Shown: positions 41,074 to 50,600 of the stretch, one piece after another
Position numbering within the stretch: the stretch's first letter is position 1
Layout of the letters: every line of letters starts with the position of its first letter
Source of the DNA: a virus
DNA length: 64,000 nt
IMG/VR virus record: IMGVR_UViG_3300010392_000664
Location: 29,005-93,004 of that record
Strand: one strand, 5' to 3'
Notes under the pieces: generated by a model
Told to the model about the DNA's origin: nothing
The model's input: the letters and a program-made list of their open reading frames with translations, nothing else
Database searches by the model: none
Made by a program: the position numbers and the translations under genes

Positions 41074-43242
41074 CTAAATCAAATCAGAAGCCGACGACGA
41101 AGCCGGTTCATTATTTGTTAAAACCGACGATTCTGACGGTCCTGTACCTTCTACCGTTTTACCGACTGGAAAATCAAGGATCCCTTCGGAACTACTTGTG
41201 CTGGAGCTGCTTGATTGTGAAGAAACACTGGATTGACTTGAGCTTGACACACTTGAACTAGAAACCGAGGACTCGCTTGAACTTTGTGAACTTACTTCCG
41301 ATTGACTGGAACTGCTTGAACTTTGTGAACTTGCGGAACTGCTCGATACTGAAGAAATGCTTGATGAAGAAATTGACGAAGAACTGAAACTTGATAAGCT
41401 CGATGCACTAGATGATGAAAAACTACTTAATGACGAGACACTTGACACACTCGATGAAGAAGCAGATGAGATGCTTGATGCACTGGATACCGAAGAATTG
41501 CTTGATGACGATACCGATGAGCTACTTAATGATGATACTGATGAAACACTTGATGAGGAAACAGATGAGACGCTAGAACTACTAAATGAACTACTGGAGC
41601 TAGAATTTATTGAACTTAATGAACTGCTTGAACTACTCGAATTTTCTGCCGATTGAGAACTTGAGCTGCTTGAATTCAGTGATGATGGGCTGCTAGAGCT
41701 ACTTGAATTTATTGATGATAGGGAACTGCTGCTTGATACACTAGATGCACTAGAACTGCTTGAATTTAAACTGCTTTGTGAACTACTGGAACTGCTTGAA
41801 TTTACAGATGACAGAGAACTAGAACTACTCGATGAATTTACAGATGACAGAGAACTACTGGAACTGCTTGAATTCACCGATGACAGAGAACTTGAGCTGC
41901 TGGAGTTTATAGATGAGGATGAGCTATGTGAGCTTGAACTACTGGAATTTAAACTACTAGACGAACTGCTTGACGTTCCAAGAGAAGATAACGAACTACT
42001 GGAGCTGCTCGATGAATTTAATGAACTACTGGATGAAGTCAGGGAACTCGAGCTTGATGTTCCAAGAGAAGAGGAAGGTGAAGAAGACGAGCTGCTCGAA
42101 TTTACCGATGATGGAGAACTGGAACTACTGGATGAATTTAAGCTACTTTGTGAACTACTAGAACTGCTCGAATTTATTGAAGATGATGAATGACTAGAAC
42201 TTGAGCTGTTGATGCTGCTTTGTGAACTGCTCGATGATGAATTATCACCACCTCTCAATTCATTTCCATCAAATGCACCTATACTCCAAGTAGTTGCCCC
42301 AGCATTACGATCATACCCTGTAATGTCTAATTCTACATCTGTTGGAGTTGTTCCATAATCATTGCCCGCCTCGAATATATCAGCATCCACATCTTGAATA
42401 TGGTAGTCTTCACTGCCTACCGTTGTAGAAACGAACTGATTCGCTCTTGTTATCGAATCAATGGCACCCGTTCCACTTGCTGATGTATCCTCTGCTGCAT
42501 TGTATTCAGTTTGAGCATTAGTTGGTGAAGCCAAACTGTAATCTTGAATAGTACCAGAAGTAGATCCGCTAACTCCCGTAACAACGCAATTTTTATATTC
42601 ATTATTTGCATTGTCACCCATCGCCAAACCGTAACAACTGCCGGTTCCAAGATTATTGACAATGTTATCAACAGTTACGTTGAACACTTCTTGAATACGG
42701 ACATTATTTGCAGTTGAACAATAAACTCCTGTCACAACATTCGCAGTAGAGGCCGAGTTTGATATTCCATAAACCACACTATTATGAAATTCACAACCAC
42801 CATTGAGAACTTTGAAACCATTTTGACTATTATTATTGGATGTGCAATCATGCAAGATCAACCACTTATAGAAATTTTGACTATTTCTATCTGTACCTGA
42901 CCGAGCATCATAAACAATCCCCTCATTAGAACCGACACTAAAACCAGCGACATCTATATCCAACCATTCTACAGTAGTATTTGGAACCGCAACAGATACG
43001 ACACTGTCATTATCTGTTCTTACAATCTCTACTCCGGTGCCTTCAGTCCCGTCATGCCTATGTCCAGATGCTACCGATAGCGTAATATCATCAGGATCTG
43101 TGTCATTAATAATGACAGCTTCATCAAATGGAGAATCGTCGTAGCATTCACCAAGTTGGGATCCCGTTCCTAGAGCTGCCTCCCACGAAGCTATTGTTGT
43201 GTAGTCTCCGGTTCCGTTTGATCTAATAGCTAAAGTTGGCAT
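41074..43242 (-). CDS. pectin-lyase-like beta-helix + ~350-residue Ser-rich tract + short C-terminal peptide
   Basis: GDYTTIASWEAA, Asn-ladder repeats, DYHI...DITGYDR...WSIGAFD; Ser tract 41188-42240. Confidence 0.85.
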   Translation of the reverse strand: MPTLAIRSNGTGDYTTIASWEAALGTGSQLGECYDDSPFDEAVIINDTDPDDITLSVASGHRHDGTEGTGVEIVRTDNDSVVSVAVPNTTVEWLDIDVAGFSVGSNEGIVYDARSGTDRNSQNFYKWLILHDCTSNNNSQNGFKVLNGGCEFHNSVVYGISNSASTANVVTGVYCSTANNVRIQEVFNVTVDNIVNNLGTGSCYGLAMGDNANNEYKNCVVTGVSGSTSGTIQDYSLASPTNAQTEYNAAEDTSASGTGAIDSITRANQFVSTTVGSEDYHIQDVDADIFEAGNDYGTTPTDVELDITGYDRNAGATTWSIGAFDGNELRGGDNSSSSSSQSSINSSSSSHSSSSINSSSSSSSQSSLNSSSSSSSPSSVNSSSSSSSPSSSLGTSSSSSLTSSSSSLNSSSSSSSSLSSLGTSSSSSSSLNSSSSSSHSSSSSINSSSSSSLSSVNSSSSSSSLSSVNSSSSSSSLSSVNSSSSSSSQSSLNSSSSSASSVSSSSSLSSINSSSSSSPSSLNSSSSSSQSAENSSSSSSSLSSINSSSSSSFSSSSVSSVSSSSVSSVSSLSSSSVSSSSNSSVSSASSISSASSSSVSSVSSLSSFSSSSASSLSSFSSSSISSSSISSVSSSSASSQSSSSSSQSEVSSQSSSESSVSSSSVSSSSQSSVSSQSSSSSTSSSEGILDFPVGKTVEGTGPSESSVLTNNEPASSSASDLI

Positions 43243-43243
43243 C

Positions 43244-44337
43244 TTAGCCTGCTCTCCTTGCCACTACTCTTAAAGAACAGGCATAACCAAGACAATACAA
43301 ACAAATCAGTTCATTTGTGTTTTCAATGCGTTTGACTAATTCTAAAGGAACCAATCTTCTCCACGGAAGGACTTGCCCCTGCAATTCTTTAGCTGCCGCA
43401 TCACTTAATGGCCGAGATAGGGGTAATACCAAATGCTCTTTATTTTCTTTCCACCCGAACGGACCCCAGGTAGGACGCCTGCCGGTCCTCAAGGTGATCT
43501 TATCCCAGAGTAACTGCATTGAAGCTAATGATAAATCACGCCTACCACCAAACCATATCTCTTGTCCAGGAATACCGAAAATTCGATGATTGCCGTGATC
43601 TAATCGATTATCAATGTATTCCTGTACATGATTATGCTGAGCACGGCCATCTACTATTTTGGGAATTTTTCCAAATGAGTGCTGCTCCCCTGTAGGCAAC
43701 TCTGTTCTCAAAACCTCATCACCATGCCGAGCAAACTCATACTGATATGTGGATGATTGCATTAAGTATGCTAATGAATAGGTGGGTAATAACCCATTTG
43801 GTGTTTTTTTCACATTTCTGACATGGCACACATGAGATGCATCCACATGCAAACAACGTCGATGGGAAATAGCTGAAATTACTTTCCCATCGACTTTACG
43901 AGGATTTCCTAATTTATCCCCCACCTTGATTATCAAAGCACCGTTCATTAGACATCCTGATCAACTGCAACAACAACTCCATTTTTATAAAGCCTCATCT
44001 CATTTGCTCCGCCTTCTAAACCGGCTTGCTCAGATAAGTCAGCAATCAGTTGAGCAAATGCATTGATGCCAGTTTTGCCGCTGTAAGCAAATGAGGCACT
44101 CAATACGGAAACAAGATTACTTCCCCAGTCAGACTGAATTTGAGCAAGCCCATATTCATCTTGGCTCGCTGCTGCCGCATCAGTGACAACAGTATCCAAA
44201 AGAGCTTTCAAATCAGCATGCACAGATAAGTTATTTCCGAAATTTGTAAATGCCGTTAAAATGGCATTTCTCTGTGTCGCTGGTTTACCACTCGCAATAT
44301 CTCTTGTGAGTGTTTCAATTTCTGTTCCAGTTGCCAT
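43244..44337 (-). CDS. two hypothetical genes (43244-43948, 43948-44337)
   Basis: Coupled ORFs. Confidence 0.6.
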
Positions 44338-44338
44338 G

Positions 44339-46645
44339 CTAATTTCCTTTCAATTTGTTCTGTAACAATTCTGGGAGAGTGATACCTAACGTGCTTGCCT
44401 CAGCTTCAAACGACTGCCATAGCTCCACGTTTAGTTCTATGGGCATTACTCGTACTTCTGTCTCTGGCTCCGGATCTGGGTCAGGGTCAGGGTCAGGGTT
44501 TGGATTAGGGTTACTGGTAGACTCTTGAAAACTGCCACCAAGGATTAAACCATACGTGTCAAATATCTGTTGGTTGGTTAGACCGGATAGGTCTGTGTCT
44601 ACCCCATTGATGCGTTGTGGTCTAGTACCCGCTGGAACTAAGTAGTCTGGATCTTGCTGGTCAAAGTAATAGTCGGTTCCGTTAATGCGTAAGGGTGTTG
44701 CAGAGAATAGTGATGACTGTGTTTTCTCTGTGCTCTTCCAAGTCCATATTTGGTAAGGTGCTTCACCTTTATCGAATGTCGCTGTTACGATAGAAGGTCC
44801 AAGGTTATTCTGTGCTGCGTTGTTAAACTCGATTCCATGTGTGCAGTTAAACCTACCACTCTGTATTTCAAATGTGCTGTTAGGAAAGTCTCTGTGTGAC
44901 TTTGTTGGTGGGGCAACACCAAAAGTTAATCCACTCAGGTTTATATTTCTGCCTTTGAAATGGTTCAGGTCGTAGGTAGTGCCACAATCCATACCTAACG
45001 GATCAACTCGACTGGCATTAGCATTAACAGATGGGTCGTTTATAATCCATAACCCGTCTATCTCTAACCTTGCGTCATGGTACGCTCTTATGATTCCTCG
45101 GTAACCATAACAGTGCCAAGCGTACATATCACGCAGAACAACCGTGTCATAAAATTTTTGATCCGGCCCTTGACTCCAAGCATAATACATTAATCCTTTA
45201 CAGTTTACAGCCTCTATGTTTTCTACCTTGTGTCCATACTTGGTAATGCTCTGGTTATTAACTCTGGTCTTGGTGTTGCTGCCTCTGGTTAAAGCAACCT
45301 CCATACTTTCCCAACCGTGACCATACCCGCTAATGTATATCGCGTATCCGTCGCAAGCGTAACTTGTACAGTTTGTGGCGGTGGATGCTTGTCTTGTTAA
45401 CCATACTCCAGAACCATTAGTTCCCGTTGTTTGAATCTTTAGTATAGAACCATCCGGTAACGTAACGACTTTTTTGAGTAGGGGTTTTAGTATTCCTTGG
45501 CAACCCACAACCACTATGTCATTGTATGTGTTGTTTATTTCCGAACCATCTTCTTCCATTACACCACTGCCAACACAATTAGCAGCAATGCACTTATCAA
45601 TCAGTGTGTAATGCGAACCGTGAACAACGTAAGCCCATGACGGAGTACCATCTACGACACACCCGATTAACCGTGACTGATAAGGACTGTCTGTTCTACC
45701 ACCAGCAAGACCAAAACTATGATGAGCGTGTAATGGGTAACGGGCTTTAGGGTTTTCTGCTTGGTAAAGTATGGACCCGTCAACAGCAATAATAGTTTCG
45801 TCTGTTAGTTCGTCATTACGTGTCCTGCCCATATCTAAGACAGCAACGTAACTCAGATCGACATAGCCGTTCATATGCCATGCAATATGCCCGCGTGTGC
45901 CTTGCGGGTTTTCACTACGGATAACTATATCGCGTGTGTCATTGCATACGTGTGGGTACTTGCTGACGTTAAACGGGTTACTAACAATCCCTTTGTGATT
46001 GTACAGTGTAGGATTTTTAAGTGTAATAACATTGCTGTTGATGGACTCTACAACAACATACTCATTAAGCCTACCAGCATCATCTCCGTTACGGGTAGCA
46101 ATCTGTTGTGAAGTATCTGGTAGCAGTAGCCTGTCACCTACAGACCAGTTACTAGGAACTGATTCTAGTGTTAGTAGTTTAGTTCCTGCCGTTATGTTGT
46201 TAGCTGCTCGTATGGCATGACTCTTAGGCGTACCTTCCGCAGTCAAAGCTCCTAGAACTATAACACCAGTCTTCCACTCTTTTGGATCGTGCTGCCCGCC
46301 TGTTGGCATATCCCGTATAACAATTTCACATCCGGGTTTTAGATGTGTTGTACCACCGCTGTAGACCAACAAGTTAGCAACATTAAGTTGAGCACTATGC
46401 TCTGTCCACCCGTTAACCGCTAGGGTGGTTACCGTGTGTGGTGTATCGAACACCACCCTATGAATTACCTTTACCGTGTCTGTGCCTTGCGGTACTCGGT
46501 TCTGGTCCCACGTTGTAGGGTCATTTGCGTTACCGTCTTGAACACTGGTTATCGTAGGTGCGTTTCCTACGTCTGGTATGTAGTCGTGGCCCAGGAAGTC
46601 ACCTAGATGCCCTGTAAGTGCAGCAGCTAAAAGTAGTGAGTGCAT
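44339..46645 (-). CDS. G8-domain + beta-helix protein (candidate polysaccharide depolymerase)
   Basis: SVQDGNANDPTTWD..VP...D.V.V.H, LGALTAEG, NWSVGDRLLL, TRDIVIRSEN..GTRGH, RYPLHAH, VVHGSH; hydrophobic N-terminus; PD/PN linker. Confidence 0.78.
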   Translation of the reverse strand: MHSLLLAAALTGHLGDFLGHDYIPDVGNAPTITSVQDGNANDPTTWDQNRVPQGTDTVKVIHRVVFDTPHTVTTLAVNGWTEHSAQLNVANLLVYSGGTTHLKPGCEIVIRDMPTGGQHDPKEWKTGVIVLGALTAEGTPKSHAIRAANNITAGTKLLTLESVPSNWSVGDRLLLPDTSQQIATRNGDDAGRLNEYVVVESINSNVITLKNPTLYNHKGIVSNPFNVSKYPHVCNDTRDIVIRSENPQGTRGHIAWHMNGYVDLSYVAVLDMGRTRNDELTDETIIAVDGSILYQAENPKARYPLHAHHSFGLAGGRTDSPYQSRLIGCVVDGTPSWAYVVHGSHYTLIDKCIAANCVGSGVMEEDGSEINNTYNDIVVVGCQGILKPLLKKVVTLPDGSILKIQTTGTNGSGVWLTRQASTATNCTSYACDGYAIYISGYGHGWESMEVALTRGSNTKTRVNNQSITKYGHKVENIEAVNCKGLMYYAWSQGPDQKFYDTVVLRDMYAWHCYGYRGIIRAYHDARLEIDGLWIINDPSVNANASRVDPLGMDCGTTYDLNHFKGRNINLSGLTFGVAPPTKSHRDFPNSTFEIQSGRFNCTHGIEFNNAAQNNLGPSIVTATFDKGEAPYQIWTWKSTEKTQSSLFSATPLRINGTDYYFDQQDPDYLVPAGTRPQRINGVDTDLSGLTNQQIFDTYGLILGGSFQESTSNPNPNPDPDPDPDPEPETEVRVMPIELNVELWQSFEAEASTLGITLPELLQNKLKGN

Positions 46646-46682
46646 AAGGTATCCCTTTGATTTCTTAAGTAAGCAGTGTAAA

Positions 46683-47840
46683 TTAACTTCTTGAATACTG
46701 CGGACAAGTAGGGCAATAGGATCTTGATTTTTGAACCCTTACTTCTGCCGCAGCCTGCTTGACTGAACTAGGATTGTAATGCCCCTCATGAATATCATCA
46801 TGAGCTGACCACAATTCGGCCTTAGTCCATTTATTCAAATCTGTGTTGTTAAATCGACCCCGATAATTATGGACCCGTTTCAAATGATTCACCATAAATG
46901 ACTTCGAAGGATTCCATCTTCCTTCAAAATTCCATCGCATTCCATGAACCGGATAATTACCAGAAGTTGCCACCCTTAATTTCTCAGTGGCAGGTGCCTT
47001 CTTTTGCACCCCGGTATACAACCAATCCAAGGCGTAACTATCAATCACCGTGCCGCACCCTAAGTCTATTCGACGAACAACTTGACCGTCCTTTACCATC
47101 ACAAACGCAGGAGTGTAGTGAACCCCTAACCTATCATCAATATTCGACTTATCCACATCTACGATTTGAATATGAACTGACCCTTCTGTACCGATCAACC
47201 ACCCGGATTCCTTGAGTTTATCAAAAGGACCATCCTTCTTTTGAAGTCTGTCAAGTGCTTCCTTACATGGAGGGCACCCTTCCGCCGTCATGATGTACAT
47301 GCGATCTAGAATTTTTTCTGGCTCATCCTGTGGAACAGTATAGGTAACCGGCCAAATGGATGCCTGTGCCACTTCAACACTTTTATCTTCAACAACTGGC
47401 CACAACCCGGCTTGTGCAAATGAAGGCATCAGTAACAAGGGTAACAACACCCACAACGGCCACAACCCGCCCGGCTTCGGAGGTGGTTGAGGAACATCTG
47501 CTGCATCGTCGAGAATCATCTGAATTTCTTCTTCAGACAAATCCCTTCCTTTTTCAGCAATTTCACGGGCAACCTTTTTCACATTCCCTTCGTACCCTTG
47601 TTTTTTCAATGCCTTCTTGACAGATCTATAGGCAAGTGATTTCCCACGTTTGATTTGGCGTGACGCAGATGCCGGACTGCTGCAACCTCGAATCATCTCA
47701 AAAATACTTGAAACAATTCCGATTATCATAGTCACATCAATCGCTTGATTTGGATTGACTTTTTCATGAGATTCCACAATACCTTTATGCAGAATCGATT
47801 CGCCTGTAATAGGTTCCATTGTTTTTACTCCGTAGGCCAA
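46683..47840 (-). CDS. thioredoxin-fold protein with internal TM/signal segment
   Basis: TAEGCPPCK, VDVDK, GVHYTPAFV (cis-Pro loop), LWVLLPLLLMPSFAQA, C-terminal CPTCP. Confidence 0.72.
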   Translation of the reverse strand: MAYGVKTMEPITGESILHKGIVESHEKVNPNQAIDVTMIIGIVSSIFEMIRGCSSPASASRQIKRGKSLAYRSVKKALKKQGYEGNVKKVAREIAEKGRDLSEEEIQMILDDAADVPQPPPKPGGLWPLWVLLPLLLMPSFAQAGLWPVVEDKSVEVAQASIWPVTYTVPQDEPEKILDRMYIMTAEGCPPCKEALDRLQKKDGPFDKLKESGWLIGTEGSVHIQIVDVDKSNIDDRLGVHYTPAFVMVKDGQVVRRIDLGCGTVIDSYALDWLYTGVQKKAPATEKLRVATSGNYPVHGMRWNFEGRWNPSKSFMVNHLKRVHNYRGRFNNTDLNKWTKAELWSAHDDIHEGHYNPSSVKQAAAEVRVQKSRSYCPTCPQYSRS

Positions 47841-48766
47841 ATGCCTTCACTGTTTGAGGGTAATTCGTAAATCACATCGAATTGCCCATTAGGATAAACT
47901 CGACACACGGCCATCCTTGAGTCAGGTGTGTCACGAGGAATCGGTTCACCACCGAACCGTTGTTTCAGTAAGGGATAAGATACGTCATCTTTCCAAGAAA
48001 TCGGCAAACCACCCAAAAGATAGGAATTCATAACCCCACCTCTTGAATGACTCAAACCACAGTTATGACCAAATTCGTGCTTCATCAAACTGATCCAGCG
48101 GTTAATCAAAACTGCGGTATCTCCACCACCGGGACGGTAATTCTTATCAAATTTCGCCCAAATCTTACCACTGCACGTTTCTCGATTGCTGACAATTGCC
48201 AAACCAATCCATCCACCGTCAGGGCGAACAAAATACACATCTACATTTGGACGAGAAGCATTATCATCTCGAGTCCAAAGCAAACCGACCTCGGCATAAG
48301 AGGAGACGACACCTTCCCATATTGTGTCAAAATGCGGAGCAAGAAATGACGGGACGGGATAATTGCTATGAAATTTAGCAATAGCTGAATGAAAATTTCC
48401 AATTCCATGACACCCTCTCCAATTGCCGGATCCCTGGGCTTCCTCTACCTCGTAGGATTCCTCTTTAGGTAAATCGTAATCCTTGCACTGACAACGGGGT
48501 TGTTCCATCAACTCCAACATAGCCGGTCCCAATTGACCATCTACTCGCATAGCAGCAGACAATCTTCTGGGATAGTGCTTCGCCACAAATGACTCAGCAC
48601 TGAAAGAGTGCATATCCTGATAACTTTCAATAGCCAACCGAACAGCACGATCTCCTATCTTCAGATTATCAACATGGTCTTGCACCGACCGGGTATCTCC
48701 AAACGGAGCATGCAAATGCCCGGTGTCGGCCAATAGTTGAATGATCTGTTTCTCCGTCATCGGCAT
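47825..48766 (-). CDS. matrixin/MMP-like zinc metallopeptidase with PG-binding-like prodomain
   Basis: HEFGHNCGLSH, Met-turn GGVMNS, cysteine-switch-like QPRCQCKD, AIESYQ...VDGQLGP. Confidence 0.85.
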   Translation of the reverse strand: MPMTEKQIIQLLADTGHLHAPFGDTRSVQDHVDNLKIGDRAVRLAIESYQDMHSFSAESFVAKHYPRRLSAAMRVDGQLGPAMLELMEQPRCQCKDYDLPKEESYEVEEAQGSGNWRGCHGIGNFHSAIAKFHSNYPVPSFLAPHFDTIWEGVVSSYAEVGLLWTRDDNASRPNVDVYFVRPDGGWIGLAIVSNRETCSGKIWAKFDKNYRPGGGDTAVLINRWISLMKHEFGHNCGLSHSRGGVMNSYLLGGLPISWKDDVSYPLLKQRFGGEPIPRDTPDSRMAVCRVYPNGQFDVIYELPSNSEGIWPTE

Positions 48767-49614
48767 TATAAGGCTCCCGCTACTTCGACCAGGGCTTCTC
48801 CGTAATCAGCCACAGTTTTAATTTTTCCAGATTTTTGCAAGGCATCTAATTCAGTCATAAGACTTGAACCGAATTTGTTCCAAGCCTGTTTATTTTTAAT
48901 AGTAACTTGCAAACCTAGAATAGTAACAGATTCCACCTCCTTGATCTCCTTAAGTGTTCCAGCAATTGCCGCTCTTCCGGAAGATTCAAGAACTTTGGCG
49001 ATAGACTCCGCATTTGATTTATGTTGATCCGGAACTGTTTTTATCCATCCCGGTACTTTTGCTGCCAATCCAAATCCTGCAGGAGGATCTGGGTCAGGTT
49101 CCGGATCTGGTTTAGGATCCGGTTCATCAGGTGGTTCAGGTTTTGGAGAATCAGCAGATACCTTAATTGTCCAAGGCAGCATCTTGATTCCAGCACCGTC
49201 AACGGCAACGGCCAAAACGATACGGTACGTCCCAGGATAGCTCGACAGGAACAATTCCTTACCTTCATTCCGAATCGCGTACAACGGCGAAGTGTCGCCG
49301 CCTCCTGGGGCTTCTACCTTAAATCCCAACCGTTTCAGATTTTCGGTCAATTTAGTGATCTCTTCGGGATCACCACCAACCGGGACTTCAACATCAGAGA
49401 CATCAACCAACCAAGTAAGATGATCCGCTGTTGATTTTGATGCATCTAAAAAAAGAAGATCCCCTGTACGTGCTTTTGGTGGACCTTCAATGACTGGAAT
49501 GGGTTGGCGTTGTTTTGGGGTGTCAGTTTCTTCTGCTGACAACACAGCAGAAATAAAACTGAAGTAAAGGCATGCACCCAGCATAACCCCCACCGCACCG
49601 CGAACGTGTTTCAT
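48766..49614 (-). CDS. exported protein with Ig/PKD-like domain and Pro-Asp/Glu linker
   Basis: Signal-like N-terminus, LFLDASKS, PKPEPPDEPDPKPDPEPDPDP. Confidence 0.65.
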   Translation of the reverse strand: MKHVRGAVGVMLGACLYFSFISAVLSAEETDTPKQRQPIPVIEGPPKARTGDLLFLDASKSTADHLTWLVDVSDVEVPVGGDPEEITKLTENLKRLGFKVEAPGGGDTSPLYAIRNEGKELFLSSYPGTYRIVLAVAVDGAGIKMLPWTIKVSADSPKPEPPDEPDPKPDPEPDPDPPAGFGLAAKVPGWIKTVPDQHKSNAESIAKVLESSGRAAIAGTLKEIKEVESVTILGLQVTIKNKQAWNKFGSSLMTELDALQKSGKIKTVADYGEALVEVAGAL

Positions 49615-49883
49615 CGTGCGTTTCTTTCGTAAGTGTTAGGTTTCTTATCAAAGGCTGCAGCCGTGCCAGGGTTCCCGGTCTTCCTTGATCCGAAAGAAGT
49701 GAGCACGGAGTACAGTGCAGCCGTACCAACTATGGCAGCAAAGTGCTTCCAATCCAAATTCAAAATATTTGTTCCGTCAACAGTCAACAAAGCTGCCCCA
49801 GATTGAGCTGCTGTTTTAATAGCACGTTCAATGACATCTCGGATAAATTGGGGATCGGTCATCTTAGCCATTGTCATCTCCAT
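49611..49883 (-). CDS. r1t-type holin
   Basis: FIRDVIERAIKTAAQ...LDWK.....AALYSVLTSFGS. Confidence 0.82.
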   Translation of the reverse strand: MEMTMAKMTDPQFIRDVIERAIKTAAQSGAALLTVDGTNILNLDWKHFAAIVGTAALYSVLTSFGSRKTGNPGTAAAFDKKPNTYERNAR

Positions 49884-50531
49884 TATTTTCAGGAGGGTTG
49901 GGAGAAGTGGAATCCTTATGAGACTTCCATCTCAATTGAATCCACCGAGCTATCTCTACCGGAAGCAATACGGTGAGAATATTACCCCAAGCATTGATCT
50001 CCGTGTGATCAAATTGGGAAGCTGTAATGTACAAAACAACAATTATGGTAAAAGCCGTGATACCGTAATGCACCAAGCCCCATATAGGATGATCCGGATC
50101 ACTGTACTTCATGGCAAACTCTGAAGGTTTTACTTTTGAATTTGTCTCCGTAAATCCTTAATCGACTCTTCAATCGTATCCTGCCCGTCGTCAAGAGTTT
50201 GCAGCTTGCTCAAAATGACGGCAATACTGGTTGAATTGTCATTCGAAATTTGTTGTTTTGCCACTACCTCAGCTTGTATCTTAATCAATTGTTGTTGACG
50301 CACATTCATTACGTCAACTTCTCTACGGTACTGCATAAAAAACCCGAAAAGGGCTAACATGACCGTTATGGCAGGGCCTAAAGCTGCCGCTACAAGCCAC
50401 TTCCATTCCCTCTTGTCCAAACGCACTCTGTTCACAACACTTCCGCCGTTTTCATCTGAAGTCATATTCATTCGAAAACCCAATCCATGACGGCCATTAA
50501 AAAAGACGTCCGAGAATACGGACGTCTTCAA
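49864..50531 (-). CDS. two small membrane proteins (49864-50112 two TM; 50130-50531 TM + coiled coil), lysis-associated by position
   Basis: Hydrophobic segments; adjacent to the holin. Confidence 0.55.
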
Positions 50532-50600
50532 GTTTAGTTCGTGATTTCAGAAAAGTACAACCCCAGACCGGGCTTATTTTCCTATCTTAGTGAAACTCCT

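Noticed and set aside
38076-42161. Plus-strand ORFs rich in L/D/E (e.g. 38714-38965, 41357-41656) that look like acidic DNA-mimic repeats
   Set aside because: Artefact: the first two bases of Ser codons (TC or AG) read antisense as GAN (D/E) or CTN (L), so poly-Ser always yields such a frame.
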